From: Balanoglossus misakiensis
Taxonomy: Eukaryota; Animalia; Hemichordata
Assembly (NCBI GenBank): GCA_040954595.2
Contig: CM082598.2
Span: 7,145,097-7,209,096, forward strand
Direction of reading: 5' to 3'
DNA length: 64,000 bases
The position numbers and the translations under genes are program-made. The notes beneath the pieces were generated by a model. The model was not told the DNA's origin, did no database searches, and saw only the letters and a program-made list of their open reading frames with translations. Of the stretch, positions 36,101-51,100 are shown piece after piece. The first letter of the stretch is position 1; each line of letters starts with the position of its first letter.

Positions 36101-39100
36101 CGAAATTTTGAGATTTTTCAAAGTTGAAAAATTGTCATTTTTTGATGATTTTCAACCCATGATTTTTTTTTATTATTGACGAAACTTTTTTGAAATTTTG
36201 CAAAGTTGAAAAATTGTCATTTTTTGATGATTTTCATGATCTATAACCCATGTTTTTTTCTTCAGAAATCGACGAAATTTTGAGATTTTGCAAAGTTGAA
36301 AAATTGTCATTTTTTGATGATTTTCATGACTTTCAACCCATGATTTTTTTTTCAGAAATCGACGAAATTTTGAGATTTTGCAAAGTTGAAAAATTATCAT
36401 TTTTTGATGATTTTCATGATCTATAACTCATTATTTTTTTCAAAAATTTACGAACTTTCGAGATTTTGCAAAGTTGAAAAAATTTCATTTTTTGATGATT
36501 TTTAACCCATGAATTTTTTTCAAAAATTGACGAAATTTTGAGATTTTGCAAAGTTGAAAAATTGTCATTTTTTGATGATTTTCAACCCATGATTTTTTTT
36601 CAATAATTGACGAAATTTTTTGAGATTTTGCAAAGTTGAAAAATTGTCATTTTTTGATGATTTTCAACCCATGATTTTTTTTTATTATTGACGAAACTTT
36701 TTGAGATTTTGCAAAGTTGAAAAATTGTCATTTTTTGATGATTTTCATGATCTATAACCCATGTTTTTTTCTTCAGAAATCGACGAAATTTTGAGATTTT
36801 GCAAAGTTGAAAAATTGTCATTTTTTGATGATTTTCATGACTTTCAACCCATGATTTTTTTTTCAGAAATCGACGAAATTTTGAGATTTTGCAAAGTTGA
36901 AAAATTATCATTTTTTGATGATTTTCATGATCTATAACTCATTATTTTTTTCAAAAATTTACGAACTTTCGAGATTTTGCAAAGTTGAAAAAATTTCATT
37001 TTTTGATGATTTTTAACCCATGAATTTTTTTCAAAAATTGACGAAATTTTTTGAGATTTTGCAAAGTTGAAAAATTGTCATTATTTGATGATTTTCATGA
37101 CTTTCAACCCATGATTTTTTTTCAGAAATCGACGAAATTTTGAGATTTTGCAAAGTTGAAAAATTTTCATTTTTTGATGATTTTCAACCCATGATTTTGT
37201 TCAATAATTGACGAAATTTTGAGATTTTGCAAAGTTGAAAAATTGTCATTTTTTGATGATTTTTAACCCATGATTTTTTTCAAAAATTGACGAAATTTTG
37301 AGATTTTTCAAAGTTGAAAAATTGTCATTTTTTGATGATTTTCAACCCATGATTTTTTTTTATTATTGACGAAACTTTTTGAGATTTTGCAAAGTTGAAA
37401 AATTGTCATTTTTTGATGATTTTCATGATCTATAACCCATGTTTTTTTCTTCAGAAATCGACGAAATTTTGAGATTTTGCAAAGTTGAAAAATTGTCATT
37501 TTTTGATGATTTTCATGACTTTCAACCCATGATTTTTTTTTCAGAAATCGACGAAATTTTGAGATTTTGCAAAGTTGAAAAATTATCATTTTTTGATGAT
37601 TTTCATGATCTATAACTCATTATTTTTTTCAAAAATTTACGAACTTTCAAGATTTTGCAAAGTTGAAAAAATTTCATTTTTTGATGATTTTTAACCCATG
37701 AATTTTTTTCAAAAATTGACGAAATTTTGAAATTTTGCAAAGTTGAAAAATTGTCATTTTTTGATGATTTTCATGATCTATAACCAATGATTTTTTTCAA
37801 ATATTGACATAATTTTGAGATTTTGCAAAGTTCTAAAATTGTCATTTTTTCATGACTTTCAACCCATGATTTTTTTCAAAAATTGACGAAATTTTTTGAG
37901 ATTTTGCAAAGTTGAAAAATTGTCATTTTTTGATGATTTTCAACCCATGATTTCTTTCAATAATTGACGAAATTTTTTGAGATTTTGCAAAGTTGAAAAA
38001 TTGTCATTTTTTGATGATTTTCGTTATCTATAACCAATGATTTTTTTTCAAATATTGACGAAATTTTGAGATTTTGCAAAGTTCTAAAATTGTCATTTTT
38101 TCATGACTCTCAACCCATGATTTTTTTCCAAAATTTACGACATTTTGAGATTTTGCAAAGTCGATAAATTGTCAGTTTTTGAGGATTTTCAACCCATGAT
38201 TTTTTTCAATAATTGACGAAATTTTTTGAGATTTTGCAAAGTTGAAAAATTGTCATTTTTTGATGATTTTCATGATCTATAACCAATGATTTTTTTCAAA
38301 TATTGACTAAATTTTGAGATTTTGCGTAGTTCTAAAATTGTCATTTTTTCATGACTTTCAACCCATGATTTTTTTCAAAAATTGACGAAATTTTGAGATT
38401 TTGCAAAGTTGAAAAATTGTCATTTTTTGATGATTTTTAACCCATGATTTTTTTCAAAAATTGACGAAATTTTGATATTTTTCATTTTTGAAAAATTGTC
38501 ATTTTTTGATGATTTTCATGACTTTCAACCCATGATTTTTTTTTCAGAAATCGACGAAATTTTGAGATTTTGCAAAGTTGAAAAATTATCATTTTTTGAT
38601 GATTTTCATGATCTATAACTCATTATTTTTTTCAAAAATTTACGAACTTTCGAGATTTTGCAAAGTTGAAAAATTGTCATTTTTTGATGATTTTCAACCC
38701 ATGATTTTTTTTCAATAATTGACGAAATTTTTTGAGATTTTGCAAAGTTGAAAAATTGTCATTTTTTGATGATTTTCATGATCTATAACCAATGATTTTT
38801 TTCAAATATTGACATAATTTCAACCCGTGATTTTTTTCAACAATTGACGAAATTTTGAGATTTTGCAAAGTAAAAAATTGTAATTTTTTGGTGATTTTCA
38901 TGATCTGTAACCCATATTTTTTTTCAGAAATCGACGAAATTTTGAGATTTTGCAAAGTCAAAAAAATCGTCATTTTTTGATGATTTTCATGATGTATAAC
39001 CCATGATTTTTTTCAAATATTGACGAAATTTTGAGATTTTGCAAAGTTCTAAAATTGTCATTTTTTTAAGACTCTCAACCCATGATTTTTTTCCAAAATT

Positions 39101-42100
39101 TACGACATTTTGAGATTTTGCAAAGTCGATAAATTGTCAGTTTTTGATGATTTTCAACCCATGATTTCTTTCAATAATTGACGAAATTTTTTGAGATTTT
39201 GCAAAGTTGAAAAATTGTCATTTTTTGATGATTTTCGTTATCTATAACCAATGATTTTTTTTCAAATATTGACGAAATTTTGAGATTTTGCAAAGTTCTA
39301 AAATTGTCATTTTTTCATGACTCTCAACCCATGATTTTTTTCCAAAATTTACGACATTTTGAGATTTTGCAAAGTCGATAAATTGTCAGTTTTTGAGGAT
39401 TTTCAACCCATGATTTTTTTCAATAATTGACGAAATTTTTTGAGATTTTGCAAAGTTGAAAAATTGTCATTTTTTGATGATTTTCATGATCTATAACCAA
39501 TGATTTTTTTCAAATATTGACTAAATTTTGAGATTTTGCGTAGTTCTAAAATTGTCATTTTTTCATGACTTTCAACCCATGATTTTTTTCAAAAATTGAC
39601 GAAATTTTGAGATTTTGCAAAGTTGAAAAATTGTCATTTTTTGATGATTTTTAACCCATGATTTTTTTCAAAAATTGACGAAATTTTGAGATTTTTCAAA
39701 GTTGAAAAATTGTCATTTTTTGATGATTTTCAACCCATGATTTTTTTTTATTATTGACGAAACTTTTTTGAAATTTTGCAAAGTTGAAAAATTGTCATTT
39801 TTTGATGATTTTCATGATCTATAACCCATGTTTTTTTCTTCAGAAATCGACGAAATTTTGAGATTTTGCAAAGTTGAAAAATTGTCATTTTTTGATGATT
39901 TTCATGACTTTCAACCCATGATTTTTTTTTCAGAAATCGACGAAATTTTGAGATTTTGCAAAGTTGAAAAATTATCATTTTTTGATGATTTTCATGATCT
40001 ATAACTCATTATTTTTTTCAAAAATTTACGAACTTTCGAGATTTTGCAAAGTTGAAAAAATTTCATTTTTTGATGATTTTTAACCCATGAATTTTTTTCA
40101 AAAATTGACGAAATTTTGAGATTTTGCAAAGTTGAAAAATTGTCATTTTTTGATGATTTTCAACCCATGATTTTTTTTCAATAATTGACGAAATTTTTTG
40201 AGATTTTGCAAAGTTGAAAAATTGTCATTTTTTGATGATTTTCAACCCATGATTTTTTTTTATTATTGACGAAACTTTTTGAGATTTTGCAAAGTTGAAA
40301 AATTGTCATTTTTTGATGATTTTCATGATCTATAACCCATGTTTTTTTCTTCAGAAATCGACGAAATTTTGAGATTTTGCAAAGTTGAAAAATTGTCATT
40401 TTTTGATGATTTTCATGACTTTCAACCCATGATTTTTTTTTCAGAAATCGACGAAATTTTGAGATTTTGCAAAGTTGAAAAATTATCATTTTTTGATGAT
40501 TTTCATGATCTATAACTCATTATTTTTTTCAAAAATTTACGAACTTTCGAGATTTTGCAAAGTTGAAAAAATTTCATTTTTTGATGATTTTTAACCCATG
40601 AATTTTTTTCAAAAATTGACGAAATTTTTTGAGATTTTGCAAAGTTGAAAAATTGTCATTATTTGATGATTTTCATGACTTTCAACCCATGATTTTTTTT
40701 CAGAAATCGACGAAATTTTGAGATTTTGCAAAGTTGAAAAATTTTCATTTTTTGATGATTTTCAACCCATGATTTTGTTCAATAATTGACGAAATTTTGA
40801 GATTTTGCAAAGTTGAAAAATTGTCATTTTTTGATGATTTTTAACCCATGATTTTTTTCAAAAATTGACGAAATTTTGAGATTTTTCAAAGTTGAAAAAT
40901 TGTCATTTTTTGATGATTTTCAACCCATGATTTTTTTTTATTATTGACGAAACTTTTTGAGATTTTGCAAAGTTGAAAAATTGTCATTTTTTGATGATTT
41001 TCATGATCTATAACCCATGTTTTTTTCTTCAGAAATCGACGAAATTTTGAGATTTTGCAAAGTTGAAAAATTGTCATTTTTTGATGATTTTCATGACTTT
41101 CAACCCATGATTTTTTTTTCAGAAATCGACGAAATTTTGAGATTTTGCAAAGTTGAAAAATTATCATTTTTTGATGATTTTCATGATCTATAACTCATTA
41201 TTTTTTTCAAAAATTTACGAACTTTCAAGATTTTGCAAAGTTGAAAAAATTTCATTTTTTGATGATTTTTAACCCATGAATTTTTTTCAAAAATTGACGA
41301 AATTTTGAAATTTTGCAAAGTTGAAAAATTGTCATTTTTTGATGATTTTCATGACTTTCAACCCATGATTTTTTTTTCAGAAATCGACGAAATTTTGAGA
41401 TTTTGCAAAGTTGAAAAATTATCATTTTTTGATGATTTTCATGATCTATAACTCATTATTTTTTTCAAAAATTTACGAACTTTCGAGATTTTGCAAAGTT
41501 GAAAAAATTTCATTTTTTGATGATTTTTAACCCATGAATTTTTTTCAAAAATTGACGAAATTTTGAGATTTTGCAAAGTTGAAAAATTGTCATTTTTTGA
41601 TGATTTTCAACCCATGATTTTTTTTCAATAATTGACGAAATTTTTTGAGATTTTGCAAAGTTGAAAAATTGTCATTTTTTGATGATTTTCAACCCATGAT
41701 TTTTTTTTATTATTGACGAAACTTTTTGAGATTTTGCAAAGTTGAAAAATTGTCATTTTTTGATGATTTTCATGATCTATAACCCATGTTTTTTTCTTCA
41801 GAAATCGACGAAATTTTGAGATTTTGCAAAGTTGAAAAATTGTCATTTTTTGATGATTTTCATGACTTTCAACCCATGATTTTTTTTTCAGAAATCGACG
41901 AAATTTTGAGATTTTGCAAAGTTGAAAAATTATCATTTTTTGATGATTTTCATGATCTATAACTCATTATTTTTTTCAAAAATTTACGAACTTTCGAGAT
42001 TTTGCAAAGTTGAAAAAATTTCATTTTTTGATGATTTTTAACCCATGAATTTTTTTCAAAAATTGACGAAATTTTTTGAGATTTTGCAAAGTTGAAAAAT

Positions 42101-45100
42101 TGTCATTATTTGATGATTTTCATGACTTTCAACCCATGATTTTTTTTCAGAAATCGACGAAATTTTGAGATTTTGCAAAGTTGAAAAATTTTCATTTTTT
42201 GATGATTTTCAACCCATGATTTTGTTCAATAATTGACGAAATTTTGAGATTTTGCGAAGTTGAAAAATTGTCATTTTTTGATGATTTTTAACCCATGATT
42301 TTTTTCAAAAATTGACGAAATTTTGAGATTTTTCAAAGTTGAAAAATTGTCATTTTTTGATGATTTTCAACCCATGATTTTTTTTTATTATTGACGAAAC
42401 TTTTTGAGATTTTGCAAAGTTGAAAAATTGTCATTTTTTGATGATTTTCATGATCTATAACCCATGTTTTTTTCTTCAGAAATCGACGAAATTTTGAGAT
42501 TTTGCAAAGTTGAAAAATTGTCATTTTTTGATGATTTTCATGACTTTCAACCCATGATTTTTTTTTCAGAAATCGACGAAATTTTGAGATTTTGCAAAGT
42601 TGAAAAATTATCATTTTTTGATGATTTTCATGATCTATAACTCATTATTTTTTTCAAAAATTTACGAACTTTCAAGATTTTGCAAAGTTGAAAAAATTTC
42701 ATTTTTTGATGATTTTTAACCCATGAATTTTTTTCAAAAATTGACGAAATTTTGAAATTTTGCAAAGTTGAAAAATTGTCATTTTTTGATGATTTTCATG
42801 ATCTATAACCAATGATTTTTTTCAAATATTGACATAATTTTGAGATTTTGCAAAGTTCTAAAATTGTCATTTTTTCATGACTTTCAACCCATGATTTTTT
42901 TCAAAAATTGACGAAATTTTTTGAGATTTTGCAAAGTTGAAAAATTGTCATTTTTTGATGATTTTCAACCCATGATTTCTTTCAATAATTGACGAAATTT
43001 TTTGAGATTTTTGCAAAGTTGAAAAATTGTCATTTTTTGATGATTTTCGTGATCTATAACCAATGATTTTTTTCAAATATTGACGAAATTTTGAGATTTT
43101 GCAAAGTTCTAAAATTGTCATTTTTTCATGACTCTCAACCCATGATTTTTTTCCAAAATTTACGACATTTTGAGATTTTGCAAAGTCGATAAATTGTCAG
43201 TTTTTGAGGATTTTCAACCCATGATTTTTTTCAATAATTGACGAAATTTTTTGAGATTTTGCAAAGTTGAAAAATTGTCATTTTTTGATGATTTTCATGA
43301 TCTATAACCAATGATTTTTTTCAAATATTGACTAAATTTTGAGATTTTGCGTAGTTCTAAAATTGTCATTTTTTCATGACTTTCAACCCATGATTTTTTT
43401 CAAAAATTGACGAAATTTTGAGATTTTGCAAAGTTGAAAAATTGTCATTTTTTGATGATTTTTAACCCATGATTTTTTTCAAAAATTGACGAAATTTTGA
43501 TATTTTTCATTTTTGAAAAATTGTCATTTTTTGATGATTTTCATGACTTTCAACCCATGATTTTTTTTTCAGAAATCGACGAAATTTTGAGATTTTGCAA
43601 AGTTGAAAAATTATCATTTTTTGATGATTTTCATGATCTATAACTCATTATTTTTTTCAAAAATTTACGAACTTTCGAGATTTTGCAAAGTTGAAAAATT
43701 GTCATTTTTTGATGATTTTCAACCCATGATTTTTTTTCAATAATTGACGAAATTTTTTGAGATTTTGCAAAGTTGAAAAATTGTCATTTTTTGATGATTT
43801 TCATGATCTATAACCAATGATTTTTTTCAAATATTGACATAATTTCAACCCGTGATTTTTTTCAAAAATTGACGAAATTTTGAGATTTTGCAAAGTAAAA
43901 AATTGTAATTTTTTGGTGATTTTCATGATCTGTAACCCATATTTTTTTTCAGAAATCGACGAAATTTTGAGATTTTGCAAAGTCAAAAAAATCGTCATTT
44001 TTTGATGATTTTCATGATGTATAACCCATGATTTTTTTCAAATATTGACGAAATTTTGAGATTTTGCAAAGTTCTAAAATTGTCATTTTTTCATGACTTT
44101 CAAGCCATGATTTTTTTCAAAAATTGACGAAATTTTGAGATTTTGCTAAGTCTAAAAAATTGTCATTTTTTCATGATTTTAAACCCATGATTTTTTTCAA
44201 TAATCGACGAAATTTTGAGATTTTGCAAAGTTGAAAAATTGTCATTTTTTGATGATTTTCAACACATGATTTTTTTCAAAAATGGACGAAATTTTGAGAT
44301 TTTTTGCAAAGTTGAAACATTTTCATTTTTTGATGATTTTCATGATCTGTAACCAATGATTTTATTCAAATATTGACGAAATTTTGAGATTTCGCAAAGT
44401 TGAAAAATTGTCATTTTTTGATGGTTTTCATAAGCTATAACCCATGATTATTTTTTTCAAAAATCGACGATTCGCAATGATTTCGCAAATTCGAAAATGT
44501 GTCATTTTTTATGATTTTCATGAGCTATATATAACCCATGATTTTTTTGAATAATTGACGAATTTTTTTTAGATTTTGCTAAGTTGAAAAATTGTCATTT
44601 TTTAATGATTTTCATGATCTCTAACCAATGATTTTTTTTAAATATTGACGAAATTTTGAGATTTGCAAAGTTCTAAAATTGTCATTTTTTCATGACTTTC
44701 AACCCATGATTTTTTTCACAAATTGACGAAATTTTGAGATTTTGCTAAGTCTAAAAAATTGTCATTTTTTGATGATTTTAAACCCATGATTTTTTTCAAT
44801 AATTGGCGAAATTTTTTGAGATTTTGCAAAGTTGAAACATTTTCATTTTTTGATGATTTTCATGATCTATAACCAATGATTTTTTTCAAATATTGACGAA
44901 ATTTTGAGATTTTGCAAAGTTCTAAAATTGTCATTTTTGTCAGGACTTTCAACCCGTGATTTTTTTCAACAATTGACGAAATTTTGAGATTTTGCAAAGT
45001 TCTAAAATTGTCATTTTTTCATAACTTTCAACCAATGATTTTTTTCAGATATTGACGAAATTTTGAGATTTTGCAAAGTTGAAAAATTGTCATTTTTTGA

Positions 45101-48100
45101 TGATTTTCATGATCCATAAGCCATGTTTTTTTTCAAAAATTGACGAAATTTTGAGATTTTTCAAAGTTGAAAAATTGTCATTTTTTGATGATTTTTTTTT
45201 ATTATTGACGAAACTTTTTGAGATTTTGCAAAATTGAAAAATTGTCATTTTTTGATGATTTTCATGATCTATAACCAATGATTTCTTTTTCAAATATTGA
45301 CGAAATTTTGAGATTTTGCAAAGTTCTAAAATTGTCATTTTTTCATGACTTTCAACCCATGATTTTTTTCCAAAATTTACGAAATTTTGAGATTTTGCAA
45401 AGTTGAAAAATTGTCATTTTTTGATGATTTTCAACCCATGATTATTTTCAATAATTGACGAAATTTTGAGATTTTGCAATATCTAAAAAATTGTCATTTT
45501 TTGATGATTTTCATGATCCATAAGCCATGTTTTTTTGTCAAAAATTTACGAAACTTTGAGATTTTGCAAAGTTGAAAAATTTTCATATTTTGATGATTTT
45601 TAACCCATGATTTTTTTCAATAATTGACGAAATTTTTTGAGATTTTGCAAAGTTAAAAAATTGTCCTTTTTTGATGATTTTCATGATCTATAACCTATGT
45701 TTTTTTTTAACAATTAACGAAATTTCGAGATTTTGCAAAGTTGAAAAATTGTCATTTTTTGATGATTTTTAACCCATGATTTTTTTCAAAAATTGACGAA
45801 TTTTTGAGATTTTGCAAAGTTCTAAAATTGTCATTTTTTTATGACTCTCAACCCATGATTTTTTTCCAAAATTTACGACATTTTGAGATTTTGCAAAGTC
45901 GATAAATTGTCATTTTTTGATGATTTTTAACCCATGATTTTTTTCAAAAATTGACGAAATTTTGAGATTTTGCAAAGTTGAAAAATTGTCAGTTTTTGAG
46001 GATTTTCAACCCATGATTTTTTTCAATAATTGACGAAATTTTTTGAGATTTTGCAAAGTTGAAAAATTGTCATTTTTTGATGATTTTCAACCCATGATTT
46101 TTTTCAATAATTGACTAAATTTTGAGATTTTGCAATATCTAAAAAATTTTCATTTTTTGATGATTTTCATGATCTATAACCCGTTTTTTTTCAAAAATTA
46201 ACGAAATTTCGAGATTTTGCAAAGTTGAAAAATTGTCATTTTTTGATGATTTTTAACCCATGATTTTTTTCAAAAATTGACGAAATTTTTTGAGATTTTG
46301 CAAAGTTGAAAAATTGTCATTTTTTGATGATTTTCAACCCATGATTTCTTTCAATAATTGACGAAATTTTTTGAGATTTTGCAAAGTTGAAAAATTGTCA
46401 TTTTTTGATGATTTTCATGATCTATACCCAATGATTTTTTTTCAAATATTGACGAAATTTTGAGATTTTGCAAAGTTCTAATATTGTCATTTTTTCATGA
46501 CTCTCAACCCATGATTTTTTTCCAAAATTTACGACATTTTGAGATTTTGCAAAGTCGATAAATTGTCAGTTTTTGAGGATTTTCAACCCATGATTTTTTC
46601 CAATAATTGACGAAATTTTTTGAGATTTTGCAAAGTTGAAAAATTGTCATTTTTTGATGATTTTCATGATCTATAACCAATGATTTTTTTCAAATATTGA
46701 CGAAATTTTGAGATTTTGCAAGTTCTAAAATTGTCATTTTTTCATGACTTTCAACCCGTGATTTTTTTCCAAAATTTACGAAATTTTGAGATTTTGCAAA
46801 GTTGAAAAATTGTCATTTTTTGATGATTTTCAACCCATGATTTTTTTCAATAATTGACGAAATTTTGAGATTTTGCAATATCTAAAAAATTGTCATTTTT
46901 TGATGATTTTCATGATCCATAAGCCATGTTTTTTTTTCAAAAATTGACGAAACTTTGAGATTTTGCAAAGTTGAAAAATTTTCATATTTTGATGATTTTT
47001 AACCCATGATTTTTTTCAATAATTGACGAAATTTTTAGAGATTTTGCAAAGTAGAAAAATTTTCATTTTTTGATGATTTTCATGATCTATAACCAATGAT
47101 TTTTTTCAAATATTGACGAAATTTTGAGATTTTGCAAAGTTCTAAAATTGTAATTTTTTCATGACTTTCAACCCATAATTTTTTTTCAAAAATTTACGAA
47201 ATTTTGAGATTTTGCAAAGTCGAAAAAATTGTCAAATTTTGATGATTTTCAACCCATGATTTTTTTCAATAATTGACGAAATTTTGAGATTTTGCAATAT
47301 CTAAAAAATTGTCCTTTTTTGATGATTTTCATGATCTATAACCTATGTTTTTTTTTAACAATTAACGAAATTTCGAGATTTTGCAAAGTTGAAAAATTGT
47401 CATTTTTTGATGATTTTTAACCCATGATTTTTTTCAAAAATTGACGAAATTTTTTGAGATTTTGCAAACTTCTAAAATTGTAATTTTTTATGACTCTCAA
47501 CCCATGATTTTTTTCCAAAATTTACGACATTTTGAGATTTTGCAAAGTCGATAAATTGTCATTTTTTGATGATTTTTAACCCATGATTTTTTTCAAAAAT
47601 TGACGACATTTTGAGATTTTGCAAAGTTGAAAAATTGTCAGTTTTTGAGGATTTTCAACCCATGATTTTTTTCAATAATTGACGAAATTTTTTGAGATTT
47701 TGCAAAGTTGAAAAATTGTCATTTTTTGATGATTTTCATGATCTATAACCAATGATTTTTTTTCAAATATTGACGAAATTTTGAGATTTTGCAAAGTTCT
47801 AAAATTGTCATTTTTTCATGACTCTCAACCCATGATTTTTTTCCAAAATTTACGACATTTTGAGATTTTGCAAAGTCGATAAATTGTCAGTTTTTGAGGA
47901 TTTTCAACCCATGATTTTTTCCAACAATTGACGAAATTTTTTGAGATTTTGCAAAGTTGAAAAATTGTCATTTTTTGATGATTTTTCATGATCTATAACC
48001 AATGATTTTTTTCAAATATTGACGAAATTTTGAGATTTTGCAAAGTTCTAAAATTGTCATTTTTTCATGACTTTCAACCCATGATTTTTTTCAAAAATTG

Positions 48101-51100
48101 ACGAAATTTTGAGATTTTGCAAAGTTGAAAAATTGTCATTTTTTGATGATTTTCATGATCTATAACCAATGATTTTTTTCAAATATTGACGAAATTTTGA
48201 GATTTTGCAAAGTTCTAAAATTGTCATTTTTTCATGACTTTCAACCCATGATTTTTTTCAAAAATTGACGAAATTTTGAGATTTTGCAAAGTTGAAAAAT
48301 TGTCATTTTTTGATGATTTTTAACCCATGATTTTTTTCAAAAATTGACGAAATTTTGAGATTTTTCAAAGTTGAAAAATTGTCATTTTTTGATTATTTTC
48401 AACCCATGATTTTTTTTTATTATTGACGAAACTTTTTGAGATTTTGCAAAGTTGAAAAATTGTCATTTTTTGATGATTTTCATGATCTATAACCCATGTT
48501 TTTTTCTTCAGAAATCGACGAAATTTTAAGATTTTGCAAAGTTGAAAAATTGTCATTTTTTGATGATTTTCAACCCATGATTTTTTTCAATAATTGACGA
48601 AATTTTTTGAGATTTTGCAAAGTTGAAAAATTGTCATTTTTTGATGATTTTCATGATCTATAACCAATGATTTTTTTCAAATATTGACATAATTTTGAGA
48701 TTTTGCAAAGTTCTAAAATTGTCATTTTTTCATGACTTTCAACCCATGATTTTTTTCAAAAATTGACGAAATTTTGAGATTTTGCAAAGTTCAAAAATTG
48801 TCATTTTTTGATGATTTTCAACCCATGATTTTTTTCAAATATTGACGAAATTTTGAGATTTTTCAAAGTTGAAAAATTGTCATTTTTTGATGATTTTCAA
48901 CCTATGATTTTTTTCAATAATTGACGAAACTTTTTGAGATTTTGCAAAGTTGAAAAATTGTCATTTTTTGATGATTTTCATGATCTATAACCCATGTTTT
49001 TTTCTTCAGAAATCGACGAAATTTTGAGATTTTGCAAAGTTGAAAAATTGTCATTTTTTGATGATTTTCAACCCATGATTTTTTTCAATAATTGACGAAA
49101 TTTTTTGAGATTTTGCAAAGTTGAAAAATTGTCATTTTTTGATGATTTTCATCATTTTTTTCAAATATTGACATAATTTTGAGATTTTGCAAAGTTCTAA
49201 AATTGTCATTTTTTCATGACTTTCAACCCATGATTTTTTTCAAAAATTGACGAAATTTTGAGATTTTGCAAAGTTGAAAAATTGTCATTTTTTGATGATT
49301 TTCAACCCATGATTTTTTTCAAATATTGACGAAATTTTGAGATTTTGCAAAGTTGAAAAATTGTCATTTTTTGATGATTTTCAACACATGATTTTTTTCA
49401 AAAATGGACGAAATTTTGAGATTTTGACAAGTCTAAAAAATTGTCATTTTTTGATGATTTTTAACCCATGATTTTTTTCAATAATTGACAAAATTTTTTG
49501 AGATGTTGCAAAGTTGAAACATTTTCATTTTTTGATGATTTTCATGATCTATAACCAATGATTTTTTTCAAATATTGACGAAATTTTGAGATTTCGCAAA
49601 GTTGAAAAATTGTCATTTTTTGATGGTTTTCATAAGATATAACCCATGATTATTTTTTTCAAAAATCGACGATTCGCAATGATTTCGCAAATTCGAAAAT
49701 GTTTCATTTTTTATGATTTTCATGAGCTATATATAACCCATGATTTTTTTGAATAATTGACGAATTTTATTTAGATTTTGCTAAGTTGAAAAATTGTCAT
49801 TTTTTAATGATTTTCATGATCTCTAACCAATGATTTTTTTTAAATATTGACGAAATTTTGAGATTTGCAAAGTTCTAAAATTGTCATTTTTTCATGACTT
49901 TCAACCCATGATTTTTTTCAAAAATTGACGAAATTTTGAGATTTTGCTAAGTCTAATAAATTGTCATTTTTTGATGATTTTTAACCCATGATTTTTTTCA
50001 ATAATTGACGAAATTTTTTGAGATTTTGCAAAGTTGAAACATTTTCATTTTTTGATGATTTTCATGATCTATAACCAATGATTTTTTTCAAATATTGACG
50101 AAATTTTGAGATTTTGCAAAGTAAAAAATTGTAATTTTTTGGTGATTTTCATGATCTGTAACCCATATTTTTTTTCAGAAATCGACGAAATTTTGAGATT
50201 TTGCAAAGTCAAAAAAATCGTCATTTTTTGATGATTTTCATGATGTATAACCCATGATTTTTTTCAAATATTGACGAAATTTTGAGATTTTGCAAAGTTC
50301 TAAAATTGTCATTTTTTCATGACTTTCAAGCCATGATTTTTTTCAAAAATTGACGAAATTTTGAGATTTTGCAAAGTAAAAAATTGTAATTTTTTGGTGA
50401 TTTTCATGATCTGTAACCCATATTTTTTTTCAGAAATCGACGAAATTTTGAGATTTGCAAAGTTCTAAAATTGTCATTTTTTCATGACTTTCAACCCATG
50501 ATTTTTTTCACAAATTGACGAAATTTTGAGATTTTGCTAAGTCTAAAAAATTGTCATTTTTTCATGATTTTAAACCCATGATTTTTTTCAATAATCGACG
50601 AAATTTTGAGATTTTGCAAAGTTGAAAAATTGTCATTTTTTGATGATTTTCAACACATGATTTTTTTCAAAAATGGACGAAATTTTGAGATTTTTTGCAA
50701 AGTTGAAACATTTTCATTTTTTGATGATTTTCATGATCTGTAACCAATGATTTTTTTCAAATATTGACGAAATTTTGAGATTTCGCAAAGTTGAAAAATT
50801 GTCATTTTTTGATGGTTTTCATAAGCTATAACCCATGATTATTTTTTTCAAAAATCGACGATTCGCAATGATTTCGCAAATTCGAAAATGTGTCATTTTT
50901 TATGATTTTCATGAGCTATATATAACCCATGATTTTTTTGAATAATTGACGAATTTTTTTTAGATTTTGCTAAGTTGAAAAATTGTCATTTTTTAATGAT
51001 TTCCATGATCTCTAACCAATGATTTTTTTTAAATATTGACGAAATTTTGAGATTTGCAAAGTTCTAAAATTGTCATTTTTTCATGACTTTCAACCCATGA